Of a stretch of 64,000 nucleotides of DNA, positions 18,147 through 29,229 are shown one piece after another (position 1 is the stretch's first letter; each line of letters starts with the position of its first letter). Position numbers and translations under genes: made by a program. The notes under the pieces are model-generated. The model saw nothing but the letters and a program-made list of their open reading frames with translations. It did not search any database and was not told the origin of the DNA. Source of the DNA: Dehalococcoidia bacterium (GTDB lineage: Bacteria; Chloroflexota; Dehalococcoidia; GIF9; UBA5629); contig DAOTWF010000027.1 in NCBI GenBank assembly GCA_034435835.1, positions 15,725-79,724 of the forward strand, given 5' to 3'.

Positions 18147-19346
18147 ATGGCATTATTTGAGTTTCTAGCATCGGGCACCGTCAGCGCAGCGCAGGGTTTC
18201 CTGGCAGGGGCGACCGTGTCTGGCATAAAGGCAAGCGGAGGTTTGGATCTAGCCATCCTTCACTCTGAGAAGCCGTGTGCTGTAGCTGGTGTCTTTACTT
18301 CTAATACAATCAAAGCAGCCCCTGTGATTGTCTCGCAGAGACGCGTGAGGTCTGGGAGAGCCCAGAGCATTATAGTCAATTCAGGTTGTGCTAATGCCTG
18401 TACCGGCGATGAAGGAATTGCTGATGCCGAGGAGATGGCTGGGCTGGCGGCGAAAAGACTTGGTGTCCCGACAGACGAGGTACTGGTGGCAAGTACCGGA
18501 GTGATCGGTATCAGGTTACCCGTGGGATGTATCCAGAGTGGAGTGGAGAAGATTGTCCTCAAACGGGACGGTGGACATGAGCTGGCGAAGGCGATAATGA
18601 CTACAGACACTTTTCCCAAGGAAATTGCTCTGCGCGTTGAGACGGATAGGGGCGCATTTACAATTGGTGGCGTGGCTAAAGGGGCTGGGATGATACATCC
18701 TCAGCTGGCTACTATGCTCTGTTTCCTGGCCACCGATGCCGATGCCGAAGCTGGTCTTTTGCAGGCTTGTCTGCGGCAAGCCGTTGATGTCTCTTTTAAT
18801 ATGATCACCATCGACGGTGATACCAGCCCCAATGACATAGTGTTATTAATGGCGAACAGGGCATCGGGAGTAAAGGTCGGGGAAGATTCTGCTGGCTTGC
18901 TTACAAGGGCGCTGGAAGAGGTCTGTATTTATCTTGCCAGATGTATTGCCAAAGACGGTGAAGGTGCCACAAAACTCATAGAGGTTGAAGTGGACGGAGC
19001 TCTTGATGTGGTGGAGGCGCGTGTAGCAGCGCGCACTATTGCGGCTTCTCCTTTAGTGAAAGCTGCTGTCCATGGCAATGACCCCAATTGGGGGCGCATT
19101 GTTGCTGCCCTGGGACGAAGCGGCATACGCATGGAGGAAAATAAGCTGGACGTCTATTTTTGTGGTACCTGCGTCATGAAGCGAGGGCAGCCACAACCTT
19201 TCGATAGGCGTAAGCTGAGTATGGATTTGGCTGCAGAAGAGGTTTCTATCAACCTGCATCTAAATCTGGGCTCGGCAAAGGCGGTGGCGTGGGGATGTGA
19301 TTTGTCTGAGGAATATGTTACCATAAATAGCGCCTATACGAGCTAG
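18147..19346 (+). CDS. argJ: Ornithine acetyltransferase / N-acetylglutamate synthase
   Basis: NSGCANACTG, AIMTTDT, KGAGMIHPQLATML, DGEGATK, NDPNWGR. Confidence 0.97.
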   Translation: MALFEFLASGTVSAAQGFLAGATVSGIKASGGLDLAILHSEKPCAVAGVFTSNTIKAAPVIVSQRRVRSGRAQSIIVNSGCANACTGDEGIADAEEMAGLAAKRLGVPTDEVLVASTGVIGIRLPVGCIQSGVEKIVLKRDGGHELAKAIMTTDTFPKEIALRVETDRGAFTIGGVAKGAGMIHPQLATMLCFLATDADAEAGLLQACLRQAVDVSFNMITIDGDTSPNDIVLLMANRASGVKVGEDSAGLLTRALEEVCIYLARCIAKDGEGATKLIEVEVDGALDVVEARVAARTIAASPLVKAAVHGNDPNWGRIVAALGRSGIRMEENKLDVYFCGTCVMKRGQPQPFDRRKLSMDLAAEEVSINLHLNLGSAKAVAWGCDLSEEYVTINSAYTS

Positions 19347-19423
19347 TCCCAGTGCTAGGTTTTTCTTGCCAGAGCAAAGGATCGTGGCTGGTTTGTTTGA
19401 AATTATATATGCGATGGTAAGAG

Positions 19424-20215
19424 ATGGGTGAGGCTGCGAGATCAGGGTTGTTAGTAGTCAAAATAGGTGGTAGCACTTTCGGAAGCACTGACACCACGAT
19501 TGAGGACCTGGTTACTTTGCAAAAGAAGGGTATACCTCTGGTGGTGGTGCATGGGGGTGCCAGCACAGTTTCTGGTTGGCTAAGGAGACTGGGCATAACG
19601 ACTACTTTCATACGTGGATTAAGGGTGACAGATAGGGAGACACTCAAGGTGGTGGTTGCGGTGCTTGCCGGCCTGGTGAATAAAGAGCTTGTATCGGCTG
19701 TATGGCGTCTGGGGGGTAGAGCTGTGGGTCTGAGCGGCGTTGATGGCGGTTTGATTGTGGCACGCAATAAGACACCGGAGCTAGGATATACAGGCGAGGA
19801 GCTGAATGTGGATATTGCCCTGCTGAATGTGTTGCTAAAGTCTGGTTACATGCCCATCATTGCACCTGTGAGTATCGGGTCACTGGACTCTGATGACGAG
19901 ACCAACATATTGAATGTGAATGGTGACACGGTGGCTGCGGAAGTTGCTGCAGCGTTGAGGGCAGAGAAGGTGATCTTTTTGACCGATGTCCCGGGTGTAT
20001 ATGACAATTCCAGAAAGCTGCTCAAGAGGCTTAGTCCTAGCGAGGCAAAGTCGTTAATCGAGTCTGGTGTCGTCTCCGGTGGCATGGCAGCGAAGATCGA
20101 GGCTTGCTTGATTGCGCTCTCGGGGGTACCTGTGACACGTATTATAGACGGAACATCTCCGCATGCTTTGCTAAATGAAATGGACGGGAAAGGTGATGGA
20201 ACCACAATCGGTTAG
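19424..20215 (+). CDS. argB: Acetylglutamate kinase
   Basis: VVKIGG, VHGG, LRVTD, NVNGD, GGMAAK. Confidence 0.96.
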   Translation: MGEAARSGLLVVKIGGSTFGSTDTTIEDLVTLQKKGIPLVVVHGGASTVSGWLRRLGITTTFIRGLRVTDRETLKVVVAVLAGLVNKELVSAVWRLGGRAVGLSGVDGGLIVARNKTPELGYTGEELNVDIALLNVLLKSGYMPIIAPVSIGSLDSDDETNILNVNGDTVAAEVAAALRAEKVIFLTDVPGVYDNSRKLLKRLSPSEAKSLIESGVVSGGMAAKIEACLIALSGVPVTRIIDGTSPHALLNEMDGKGDGTTIG

Positions 20216-21431
20216 TGTCACGGACGAGTGGCAGGAGCTGGAGCATCAGTTACTAATGCAGGTGACCAGGCGTCTACCGGTGACACTTGTGCGTGGCAAA
20301 GGGGCTAGAGTATGGGATGTACAGGGGCGGGAATATCTTGATTTCGTTAGTGGCTGGGCGGTGAACAGTCTGGGGCACTGTCACCCGGTGGTGGTTGAAG
20401 CTCTGGTAAGACAGGCACAGACCCTGATTCAGGTATCCAACCAGTTCTACTCTGTTCCGCAGATACAGCTGGCTAAGCTGCTGGTTGACAACAGTTGTTT
20501 TGACAGGGTCTTCTTTTGTAACAGTGGTGCTGAAGCCAATGAGGGTGCTATAAAGCTGGCGCGCAGATATGGGAAGCTGCATCTGGGCGGGGCTTATGAG
20601 ATCATAACGGCGCGGGGCTCTTTTCATGGGCGTACCCTGGCTACAACGGCAGCCACTGGGCAGATAAAGTTTCAGCAGCCTTATCTTCCCCTGCCTGAAG
20701 GATTTGTCAATGTCGATTATGATAGTGTGGAAGCTGTGAAGAAAGCGACTACAGATAAGACCTGTGCTGTAATGGTGGAGCCGATTCAAGGCGAGAGCGG
20801 TGTTAACGTGCCCAGCGACGGATATCTGAGTGGGCTGCGTGCGTGGTGTGACGAGAGGGGTATCTTGCTAATATTTGATGAGGTGCAGACCGGCATTGCC
20901 CGAACTGGCACCTTGTTTGCCTACGAGCAGGCTGGTATAGAGCCGGACGTGATGACGCTGGCTAAGGGGCTGGGTGGTGGTGTGCCCATAGGGGCTCTTC
21001 TGGCTAAGGAGGAAGCTTCGGTATTTGGTGTGGGCGAACACGGTTCCACTTTCGGTGGTAACCCGCTTGTTTGTGCTGTCAGTCTGGCGGTGCTAAAGTT
21101 CATTCTTGATAACGATGTAGCTGGAAATGTGAGAAGAGTGGGCAATTACTTCAGGACCCGCTTAGAGGCGCTTAAGGCGAAGTTCCATTTCATAACGGAG
21201 GTACGGGGCAGGGGGTTACTGTTGGCTATCGAGTTTGCCGGGAATTTCGCTGAGGAGGTCGTGTTGGAATGTCTGCAAGAGGGCTTGCTGGTGAACCGGG
21301 TTAAGCCCAATGCAGTTCGTTTCCTGCCACCTCTGATTATAGCTGAAAAGGAGGTGGATAGGGCTTTAGGTATCCTAGATAAGGTTTTGAGCAGGAGGAA
21401 TAACGATGGACAAGGTGGTCCTGGCTTATAG
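20196..21431 (+). CDS. argD: Acetylornithine aminotransferase
   Basis: NSGAEANE, SFHGRT, DEVQTGIART, TLAKGLGGG, HGSTFGGNP; start placed at ATG 20196. Confidence 0.95.
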   Translation: MEPQSVSVTDEWQELEHQLLMQVTRRLPVTLVRGKGARVWDVQGREYLDFVSGWAVNSLGHCHPVVVEALVRQAQTLIQVSNQFYSVPQIQLAKLLVDNSCFDRVFFCNSGAEANEGAIKLARRYGKLHLGGAYEIITARGSFHGRTLATTAATGQIKFQQPYLPLPEGFVNVDYDSVEAVKKATTDKTCAVMVEPIQGESGVNVPSDGYLSGLRAWCDERGILLIFDEVQTGIARTGTLFAYEQAGIEPDVMTLAKGLGGGVPIGALLAKEEASVFGVGEHGSTFGGNPLVCAVSLAVLKFILDNDVAGNVRRVGNYFRTRLEALKAKFHFITEVRGRGLLLAIEFAGNFAEEVVLECLQEGLLVNRVKPNAVRFLPPLIIAEKEVDRALGILDKVLSRRNNDGQGGPGL

Positions 21432-22602
21432 TGGGGGATTGGATACTTCTGCGGCAATAAAGTGGCTCGCCGAGAAATATAAGATGGAAGTTGTAGCCCT
21501 GACCTTGGACATAGGCGGTGTCAGCGACCTGCTGTCGATTCAGCAGAAAGCCCTTAAGATAGGTGCTGTGAAAGCGCTGATGGTGGATGCCCGGGAGATT
21601 TTTGTGAAGTCCTTCATTTTCCCGGCGCTCAAGGCGAATGCAGTATATGAGGGACAGTACCCGCTTGCCACTGCTTTAGGGCGTCCGTTGATAGCCAAAT
21701 TGCTGGTAGAGACGGCAAGAAAAGAGAAAGCGGTTGCAGTGGCACATGGGTCTACTGGCAAGGGGAATGATCAGGTTCGTTTCGATGTCAGTGTAGCGAC
21801 CTTGGCTCCGGAGCTGAAAGTAATAGCACCGGCGCGTGAGTGGGGAATGACGCGGGAGGAGACGATTGCCTACGCTGAAAAGCACGGTATACCTGTGCCG
21901 GTCAAAGCTACCAGCCCTTATTCAATTGATGAGAACCTATGGGGCAGAAGCATAGAGTGCGGCGTACTTGAAGACCCCTGGGTTGAACCGCCCGAGGAGG
22001 TATTTGCCTGGACGAGGTCGCCATCGGCGTGTCCTGACCGGCCAGAGTATGTCGAGATCGGGTTTGCAAGTGGTATACCAGTAAGCCTTAATGGCGAGGA
22101 GATGGATGGGGTCACACTTATCCAGAAGCTAAATGAGTTAGCGGGAAAGCATGGGGTGGGGAGGATTGACCATGTTGAGAGCAGGTTGGTAGGGATAAAA
22201 TCGAGGGAAATCTACGAGGCTCCAGCAGCTACGGTGCTGCTTAAAGCCCATCAGGCTCTGGAGGCGATGACCCTGACTAAGGACCAGTTGCGGTTCAACC
22301 AGAAGGTGTCTTGCGAATATGCAGATTTGGTCTATAATGGGTTGTGGTTCACAGCGTTGCGCCGTGACCTTGCCGCTTATGTGGATAGTGCGCAGCGGCA
22401 TGTTACCGGTACGGTAAGGGTTAAGCTATTTAAAGGTACCTGTATGGTCGTTGGCAGAAAGTCCCCCGTCTCGCTTTATGATTACAGCCTTGCCACTTAT
22501 GATAAAGGCGACATCTTTGACCAGAGCGCTTCACCCGGTTTTATTCATATCTGGGGCCTGCAGGTAAGGATTCAGGCAAAGGTTCAAGGTAGTCCCGAGT
22601 AG
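21406..22602 (+). CDS. argG: Argininosuccinate synthase
   Basis: LAYSGGLDTS, TGKGNDQVRF, YSIDENLWGRSIE, GIKSREIYEAP. Confidence 0.98.
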   Translation: MDKVVLAYSGGLDTSAAIKWLAEKYKMEVVALTLDIGGVSDLLSIQQKALKIGAVKALMVDAREIFVKSFIFPALKANAVYEGQYPLATALGRPLIAKLLVETARKEKAVAVAHGSTGKGNDQVRFDVSVATLAPELKVIAPAREWGMTREETIAYAEKHGIPVPVKATSPYSIDENLWGRSIECGVLEDPWVEPPEEVFAWTRSPSACPDRPEYVEIGFASGIPVSLNGEEMDGVTLIQKLNELAGKHGVGRIDHVESRLVGIKSREIYEAPAATVLLKAHQALEAMTLTKDQLRFNQKVSCEYADLVYNGLWFTALRRDLAAYVDSAQRHVTGTVRVKLFKGTCMVVGRKSPVSLYDYSLATYDKGDIFDQSASPGFIHIWGLQVRIQAKVQGSPE

Positions 22603-22647
22603 TAACATTGTGATTTGTACTTTGAAAGGCAGGGTTAGCTTTGGGAG

Positions 22648-24051
22648 ATGAGTCGGAAGTCTGAGGGGCAAAGCCGCTTAAGGCGCCGGTTTCACAAGCA
22701 AGTTGCTAGAGCAGCGCAAGACTATGTTGCCTCTTTGGGGTTTGACCGCCGTCTTTACCGTCATGATATAGAGGGTAGCATCGCACATGCAAAGATGCTG
22801 GCAAAGCAAGGTCTAATATCACACAGTGAAGCTAACCTGATAGTCTCGGGGCTGACGGAGGTTAAAGAGGAAATAGAACGCGGGGAGTTCGACTTCAAGG
22901 CTGAGTGCGAAGACATACATATGAGTATTGAGGAGAGGCTGTTCGAGAAAATAGGAGATGTGGCTGGCAAGCTTCACACTGCTCGCTCCAGGAATGACCA
23001 GATCGCTGTAGATATGCGTCTGTTTGTAAAAGAGGCAGTGAGCGATACCATCGACAGGATACGGAAACTACAGAAGGCTATTGTGGAACTGGCTGACGAT
23101 AACAAGACTGCGATTATGCCGGGCTACACCCATTTGCAGCAGGCACAGCCCGTACTGTTTGCCCATCACCTGCTTGCCTATTTTGAGATGCTGGAAAGGG
23201 ATGTAATGCGTTTTAGCGACTGTTTGAAGCGCGCTGACGTCTTGCCTCTAGGTAGCGGTGCTCTTGCAGGGGTCACCTACCCCGTTGACCGTGAGTTCTT
23301 AGCCAAGGAACTTGGTTTCAGTCAGATAAGCCGCAACAGCATAGACGCTGTATCCGACCGCGATTTTGTTATTGAATACGAGGCTGCAGCAGCTATCACC
23401 ATGATGCACCTGTCCCGGCTAGCGGAGGAGATAGTGTTGTGGTCGTCACAGGAGTTCGGTTTTGTTGAGATCGATGAGGCATACGCTACCGGAAGCAGCA
23501 TAATGCCTCAGAAGAAGAACCCCGATGTTGCGGAATTAGCCCGCGGTAAGACGGGAAGGGTGTATGGCGATTTGATCGCTATACTAACAGTGATGAAAGG
23601 TTTGCCCCTAGCTTACAACAGAGATATGCAAGAAGACAAAGAGGGGCTTTTTGATACCGTGGATACCCTGTTATCGACACTGGAGGTGCTCTGTGGCTTA
23701 TTAGGAACCCTGAAGGTAAATACGGTGCGGATGAGGGAAGCGATGTCCGGTTACATACTTGCTACTGATCTGGCAGACTACCTCACGAAGAAGGGGTTGC
23801 CATTTCGCGAAGCCTATGGGATTGTGGCTGAACTTACCAAATATGCTGCGGACAGGGGCAAGGATTTGCACGCGTTAACGCTAGCGGAGTACCAACGTTT
23901 TTCCCGATTGTTTAATGAAGACGTCTACACCATTACGCTGGAAGCTTCAGCCAATGCGCGGAATGTGGTCGGAGGCACAGCTGCGAAGCAAGTTTCTACT
24001 GCTCTGACTGGAGCGCGCAGAATCTTGGAGGCACACTTTGGGAAGAGGTAA
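22648..24051 (+). CDS. argH: Argininosuccinate lyase
   Basis: HTARSRNDQ, PGYTHLQQAQP, GSSIMPQKKNPD. Confidence 0.98.
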   Translation: MSRKSEGQSRLRRRFHKQVARAAQDYVASLGFDRRLYRHDIEGSIAHAKMLAKQGLISHSEANLIVSGLTEVKEEIERGEFDFKAECEDIHMSIEERLFEKIGDVAGKLHTARSRNDQIAVDMRLFVKEAVSDTIDRIRKLQKAIVELADDNKTAIMPGYTHLQQAQPVLFAHHLLAYFEMLERDVMRFSDCLKRADVLPLGSGALAGVTYPVDREFLAKELGFSQISRNSIDAVSDRDFVIEYEAAAAITMMHLSRLAEEIVLWSSQEFGFVEIDEAYATGSSIMPQKKNPDVAELARGKTGRVYGDLIAILTVMKGLPLAYNRDMQEDKEGLFDTVDTLLSTLEVLCGLLGTLKVNTVRMREAMSGYILATDLADYLTKKGLPFREAYGIVAELTKYAADRGKDLHALTLAEYQRFSRLFNEDVYTITLEASANARNVVGGTAAKQVSTALTGARRILEAHFGKR

Positions 24052-24718
24052 AAATATAAAACTGGCGCCTTCGATCCTGTCTGCCGACTTCAGTCGGCTC
24101 GGTGAGCAGGTTGCCGAGGTGACAGAAGCCGGGGCTGACTATATACACATTGATGTTATGGATGGCCATTTCGTACCTAATATAACTATTGGGGCGCCTG
24201 TTGTGGCTGCTCTCCGACCCTGGACACATTTGCCTCTGGATGTGCATCTGATGATCGAACGCCCCGAACTTCACATAGCCGACTTTGCTAGAGCCGGGGC
24301 AGATATCATAACAGTTCATGTTGAGGTCTGTCCTCACGTGCACAGGGTTATAGAGATGGTGAAAAGCTTTGGGATCAAGGCTGGTGTTTCGTTAAATCCG
24401 GGAACCCCTCTTGAATCGTTAAGGGAGGTCCTATCTGTAGTTGACTTGGTCTTGGTGATGACAGTCGACCCGGGTTTCGGCGGTCAGAGTATGATCAAGG
24501 GTATGGTTGGGAAGTTAGCAAGGCTTCGGAGATGGCTGGACGATGGGGGGTTTATGGCAGAACTTGAGGTGGATGGCGGGATCAATCTAGATACCGCTTT
24601 GGAGGTGGTTGGTGCCGGGGCTGACATCCTGGTAGCTGGAGCAGCGATTTTCAATTCTGGGAAAAGCGTTGCTGCTGCTCTGCAGGAAATGAAAAAGGCG
24701 ATTCAGCTAATGAGCTAG
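24038..24718 (+). CDS. rpe: Ribulose-phosphate 3-epimerase
   Basis: APSILSADF, HIDVMDGHFVPN, DVHLM, EVDGGI. Confidence 0.97.
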   Translation: MGRGKNIKLAPSILSADFSRLGEQVAEVTEAGADYIHIDVMDGHFVPNITIGAPVVAALRPWTHLPLDVHLMIERPELHIADFARAGADIITVHVEVCPHVHRVIEMVKSFGIKAGVSLNPGTPLESLREVLSVVDLVLVMTVDPGFGGQSMIKGMVGKLARLRRWLDDGGFMAELEVDGGINLDTALEVVGAGADILVAGAAIFNSGKSVAAALQEMKKAIQLMS

Positions 24719-24895
24719 CTTATGTTGGGTGCGCAGACACCGTGTGCACAGGTTGAGCCTTTTGCGTTCGCCGTTGATACTTATGGTGACCGTCTGAACG
24801 TTGGGCAACCAGCGCCTTCTGGTATGTTGCATAGAATGGCTCACTCTGTTGCCAAAGTGTCCTGTCTTTCCACAAACGTCACACTTCTTAGCCAA
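24707..24895 (-). CDS. rpmB: 50S ribosomal protein L28 (Zn-ribbon type)
   Basis: CDVCGK...GNRVSHS...TRRRWLPNVQ...CTRCLR. Confidence 0.95.
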   Translation of the reverse strand: MAKKCDVCGKTGHFGNRVSHSMQHTRRRWLPNVQTVTISINGERKRLNLCTRCLRTQHKLAH

Positions 24896-25029
24896 TTCAC
24901 TAACTCCTATTGGAGCGGTGTTGCTGCCAGTTTCCTATTTCCAGCCCTTGGGTACCCCTTGTATATGGCTGGTCTAGACAATAATGGTAAAATGATACCA
25001 CAAATCGGGGACTAAGCAAAAGGAGAGGA

Positions 25030-26658
25030 ATGAGCCAGATTGTAACCTGTGATGGCCAAGAATTCAGGAACATGTTTGCTGCTGCCAGCGCTTGGCTAGA
25101 GAAGAGTGTTCCTGACATAAATGCCATCAATGTATTTCCAGTGCCCGATGGGGATACGGGGACAAACATGTTTCTCACCATGTGCGCAGTTATGGAAGAG
25201 GCGGACAGGGTCTCAGATCACAATGTTTCTGTGATGGCTAAAGCCATGGCACAGGGTGCACTGATGGGTGCTCGGGGGAACTCAGGGGTGATCCTATCCC
25301 AGTTTTTCCGCGGTCTAGCAAAAGGACTTGACGGCAAGGAATTCCTTGATGGAGCTGCTTGGGCGATGGCTTTGAGTGAGGCATCGCGGGCTGCATACAA
25401 GGGCTTGTCGCAGCCGGTAGAGGGAACGATGCTGACGGTGATCCGGGACGCAGCCAAAGCTGCTGGTGAGGTTGCCAGAACCAACCCCGAGGATATCACC
25501 AGTATAACAGAAGCCGCTGTTAAGGCTGCTAAGGAATCTGTAGCGAGGACACCACTCTTGTTGGCTGTGTTGCGCGAGGCTGGGGTGGTGGATGCCGGTG
25601 GTCAGGGAATTTATGTGTTGCTCGAGGGTATTCTGAGCTATCTCAAAGGCGAGTTGGAAATTATGAAATATCGCAAGCCCGAGCTGATAGCTGCGGGGGC
25701 ACCAAGCAGTGGGGTGGTTGGCGGCGAAACTGAGGAAGCCTATGGTTATTGCACGAATTTCTTACTCGAAGGCAGCAAGCTTAACCCTGACAAAATTAGA
25801 AAGAGGCTGGAGCGTAAGGGGAAGTCAGTGGTCGTGGTTGGTGACGAAAATACAGTCAGAGTCCACATTCACACATATGATCCCGGATGGGTTATAAAAT
25901 TTGCCACCTCGCTGGGTACCCTTCATCAGTTGCAGATTCAAAACATGGACGATCAGCATGTGACATTTTTAGAGATGCAGCAAGAGCGTCTGTCGAAGCT
26001 CGAGATAGGAGTGGTGGCTGTAGTCTTGGGCGAAGGTCTGGCGGAGGTATTTCGAAGTCTGGGTGCGGCAGCGGTAGTCCCTGGTGGCCAGACGATGAAC
26101 CCCAGTGTCCAAGAGATACTCCAGGCAGTGGAGGCAGTTCCTTCTCAAAAGGTGATTGTGCTACCCAATAACAAAAATATCATCCCCGTTGCATCTCAGG
26201 TTCAGTCTTTAACTTCCAAGGATGTTGTGGTGGTGCCGAGCAAGACCATACCGCAGGGAATTGCTGCACTTGTTGCTTTCAATTATGAGGATACACTGGA
26301 GGAAAACGTGCGGGCTATGGAGGCGGCGATAGCTGGTGTAAGGACTATCGAGGTTACCACTGCTGTACGCAGTACCCAGATTAAAGGGGTGAAAGTGAAG
26401 CAAGGGCAGGCGATTGCCATTTTGGATGATAAGGACCTGATAGCTGCAGCCGATGATGCGGTTGGTGCCCTGATGGCTGGGCTTGATAAAACTGGTCTTG
26501 ACGGTGTGGAGATAATCACCCTTTATTACGGTAATGGGGTAGAGGCTTCCGAAGCAGAACGTGTGGTGGCGGAACTGAGAGACTGCTATCCAAATAAACA
26601 AGTTGAGTTAGTATTCGGTGGTCAGCCGCACTATTATTACATTGTTTCCCTGGAATAA
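25030..26658 (+). CDS. DAK2-domain protein (fatty acid kinase FakA/YloV-like)
   Basis: NVFPVPDGDTGTNM, GARGNSGVILSQ, EGTMLTV, DAGG, YGYCT, GGQTMNPS, GGQPHYYY. Confidence 0.93.
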   Translation: MSQIVTCDGQEFRNMFAAASAWLEKSVPDINAINVFPVPDGDTGTNMFLTMCAVMEEADRVSDHNVSVMAKAMAQGALMGARGNSGVILSQFFRGLAKGLDGKEFLDGAAWAMALSEASRAAYKGLSQPVEGTMLTVIRDAAKAAGEVARTNPEDITSITEAAVKAAKESVARTPLLLAVLREAGVVDAGGQGIYVLLEGILSYLKGELEIMKYRKPELIAAGAPSSGVVGGETEEAYGYCTNFLLEGSKLNPDKIRKRLERKGKSVVVVGDENTVRVHIHTYDPGWVIKFATSLGTLHQLQIQNMDDQHVTFLEMQQERLSKLEIGVVAVVLGEGLAEVFRSLGAAAVVPGGQTMNPSVQEILQAVEAVPSQKVIVLPNNKNIIPVASQVQSLTSKDVVVVPSKTIPQGIAALVAFNYEDTLEENVRAMEAAIAGVRTIEVTTAVRSTQIKGVKVKQGQAIAILDDKDLIAAADDAVGALMAGLDKTGLDGVEIITLYYGNGVEASEAERVVAELRDCYPNKQVELVFGGQPHYYYIVSLE

Positions 26659-26767
26659 TTTTCTGGATTCGTCCGCCAGTGGTGGAGTTGTTCTAGCTGG
26701 AAGGGTTTATAAGGCATCAGGTACCTGGCTGCTTGTTCCCAGTAAGGAGTAAGTCACAGATCTCGCT

Positions 26768-29221
26768 ATGGAAATTGAGCCACTTCGTACCATCCTTCTC
26801 TTAGAATGCCGGCGGGGTTATGCCAACACTTCGGTAATCGGCGGTCTGGATAAGTACCTCGTCAGGTGGGCTATGCGAAATAGAGGCGAGGTAACTTCTC
26901 CCGAGGCGCTAGCTAGCTTCGATGCTTTTCTTGCCAATCTCAACTATGCTGGGTGGGACAAAGACAGGCGCAGATTATGGGTGCAAGAGGTACTGGACTG
27001 GCTGGATCATTTCGATAAGTTGACCACGAAAATGCAGTTGCCGGCGGTACAAGAGGAGATTAACGTCACCAAGCCTGTGCCACGGCGCTCGAAGTTTACA
27101 TCTCCTTCTGAGAGTCTTGGGCTCGATGCTCCGGTGACCAGCATCAAGGGGGTCTCGTCAGTGGTGTCGGCAAGGCTGGCAAGACTGGGGGTGAAAACGA
27201 TTCGTGACCTGCTTTACTGTTTCCCAAGGCGCCACCTTGATTATAGCCAGCAGCGGACAATTTCGGAGCTTGAGATTGACAAAGAACAGACTATTCTGGC
27301 AACGGTGTGGGAATCACACGTTACCAAACTGGGTAGTTTGCGCAGCACCGAGGTTATTCTTGGTGATGGCACGGGTAATGTAAGGGCAGTCTGGTTCAAC
27401 CAGCCTTTCTTGGCAAAGAACTTTCGTACCAATGATGTTGTGGTTATCAGCGGCAGGGTAACTGAGTTCAGGGGACAGAAGGTCTTTGAAGCCCCAGAGT
27501 GGGAATTGCTTAAGGATAAAGAACTTGTCCACACGGGACGTCTGGTACCGGTATATGCTCTTACCAAAGGTTTGTATCCGCGGCAAATGCGGAGCCTGGT
27601 CAGGAGAGTCATAGACGAGTGGTTGTGGCAGGTGACGGATTTTTTGCCCCTTGCGGTCAGGCAACGATGCGGACTCCTTGACCTTTCTGAAGCTATTGTC
27701 CAAGCGCACTATCCGGATAGCTATGAAGCGAAGGCGGAAGCTAGAAGGCGTCTTGCCTTCGACGAGCTTTTCCTTCTCCAGTTAGGCGTCCTTAGTAAAA
27801 AACGGGAGTGGCAAGAGGGGCAGCCGGGCAATCCTTTTCGTGTTGATACAGAACAAGTGACAAGGTTTGTTGCCTCCTTGCCTTTCAGTCTCACAAGGGC
27901 TCAGCAGCGAGCATTGAGCGAAATCTTTGGGGATTTGCAGAAGCCAAAGCCGATGTCTCGCTTGCTGCAAGGTGAAGTTGGCAGCGGGAAAACTGTGGTT
28001 GCCACCATAGCGTTGCTGGTGACTACGGCTAACAGCTATCAGGGTGCATTTATGGCGCCGACTGAAATCCTTGCTGAGCAGCATTTCCGCAATGTCAGTC
28101 TCCTTTTTTCGCGGATGGGGAAGAAGGTGGCTGAAGACACGAATGTCGCCTATTATGATGGGCTAATTTCTCAACGGCTCGGGGTAGCACTGCTTACCGG
28201 AAGTTTGGGTGAGAAACAGAGGCGCACCTTGTACGAAGAAATTGCTGCAGGTAAGGTCCATGTAATTATAGGGACGCATGCCCTAATTCAAAAGGGGCTG
28301 GAGTTTAATAAGCTGGGGCTGGTGGTCATTGACGAGCAACATCGTTTCGGGGTATTACAGCGTGCCGCTTTGCGTCAGAAGGGATTCAACCCCCATGTAC
28401 TGGTGATGACAGCCACACCCATTCCGCGTACTCTGGCACTGACACTTTATGGTGACCTGGATCTCACTGTGATAGATGAGCTGCCGCCGGGCAGGCAGAA
28501 GGTTCAGACGAGGTGGCTCAGGCCAGAGCAAAGGCAGAAGGCGTACCAGTTCATTCACAGCCGGATCTGTGCTGGTGAACAGGCGTTTATCATTTGTCCC
28601 CTTATAGAGGGTTCAGATAACGTCGAAGCCAGAGCAGCACTTGATGAGTATGAGCGTTTGTCCAGAGAGGTTTTTCCCGATCTGAAACTTGGCGTGTTGC
28701 ACGGGCGTATGGCGGCTTCAGCAAAGGAGAAGATTATGCAGTCTTTTCGTGATGGCAAACTAGATATCCTGGTATCGACACCTGTCGTTGAGGTGGGGAT
28801 TGATGTTCCGAATGCAACTGTCATACTTGTGGAGGCCGCAGACCGTTTTGGTCTTTCGCAATTGCATCAGTTCCGTGGCAGGGTGGGAAGAGGTAACAAA
28901 CGAAGCTATTGTTTACTTCTTGCGGAAAGACCATCGCCGGTGGGGATTGAGAGATTGAAAGCTATAGAGCAGATTTACGATGGTTTTGCTTTAGCGGAGA
29001 GAGACTTGGAGTTGCGGGGCCCTGGGGAGTTTTTTGGCACACGCCAAAGCGGGCTTCCTGATCTTCGCATGGCAAAGTTATCCGATGTGGCGTTGCTGGA
29101 GTTAGCGCGCAATGAGGCCATGTTACTCTTTCAGCAAGACACCAATCTGGAAAAGCCGGAGCACCATCGTCTAGCGGTGGAACTGGCTCGCGTATGGCGG
29201 GTTAAGGGCGAGTTGAGTTAA
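26768..29221 (+). CDS. recG: ATP-dependent DNA helicase RecG
   Basis: QGEVGSGKT, DEQHRFG, MTATPIPRTL, GLSQLHQFRGRVGRG, DLELRGPGE. Confidence 0.97.
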   Translation: MEIEPLRTILLLECRRGYANTSVIGGLDKYLVRWAMRNRGEVTSPEALASFDAFLANLNYAGWDKDRRRLWVQEVLDWLDHFDKLTTKMQLPAVQEEINVTKPVPRRSKFTSPSESLGLDAPVTSIKGVSSVVSARLARLGVKTIRDLLYCFPRRHLDYSQQRTISELEIDKEQTILATVWESHVTKLGSLRSTEVILGDGTGNVRAVWFNQPFLAKNFRTNDVVVISGRVTEFRGQKVFEAPEWELLKDKELVHTGRLVPVYALTKGLYPRQMRSLVRRVIDEWLWQVTDFLPLAVRQRCGLLDLSEAIVQAHYPDSYEAKAEARRRLAFDELFLLQLGVLSKKREWQEGQPGNPFRVDTEQVTRFVASLPFSLTRAQQRALSEIFGDLQKPKPMSRLLQGEVGSGKTVVATIALLVTTANSYQGAFMAPTEILAEQHFRNVSLLFSRMGKKVAEDTNVAYYDGLISQRLGVALLTGSLGEKQRRTLYEEIAAGKVHVIIGTHALIQKGLEFNKLGLVVIDEQHRFGVLQRAALRQKGFNPHVLVMTATPIPRTLALTLYGDLDLTVIDELPPGRQKVQTRWLRPEQRQKAYQFIHSRICAGEQAFIICPLIEGSDNVEARAALDEYERLSREVFPDLKLGVLHGRMAASAKEKIMQSFRDGKLDILVSTPVVEVGIDVPNATVILVEAADRFGLSQLHQFRGRVGRGNKRSYCLLLAERPSPVGIERLKAIEQIYDGFALAERDLELRGPGEFFGTRQSGLPDLRMAKLSDVALLELARNEAMLLFQQDTNLEKPEHHRLAVELARVWRVKGELS

Positions 29222-29229
29222 ACTAACTG

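Noticed and set aside
18147-24051. Missing argC and argF in the arg cluster as a novel pathway
   Set aside because: Split arg clusters are common and the genes may lie outside this window.
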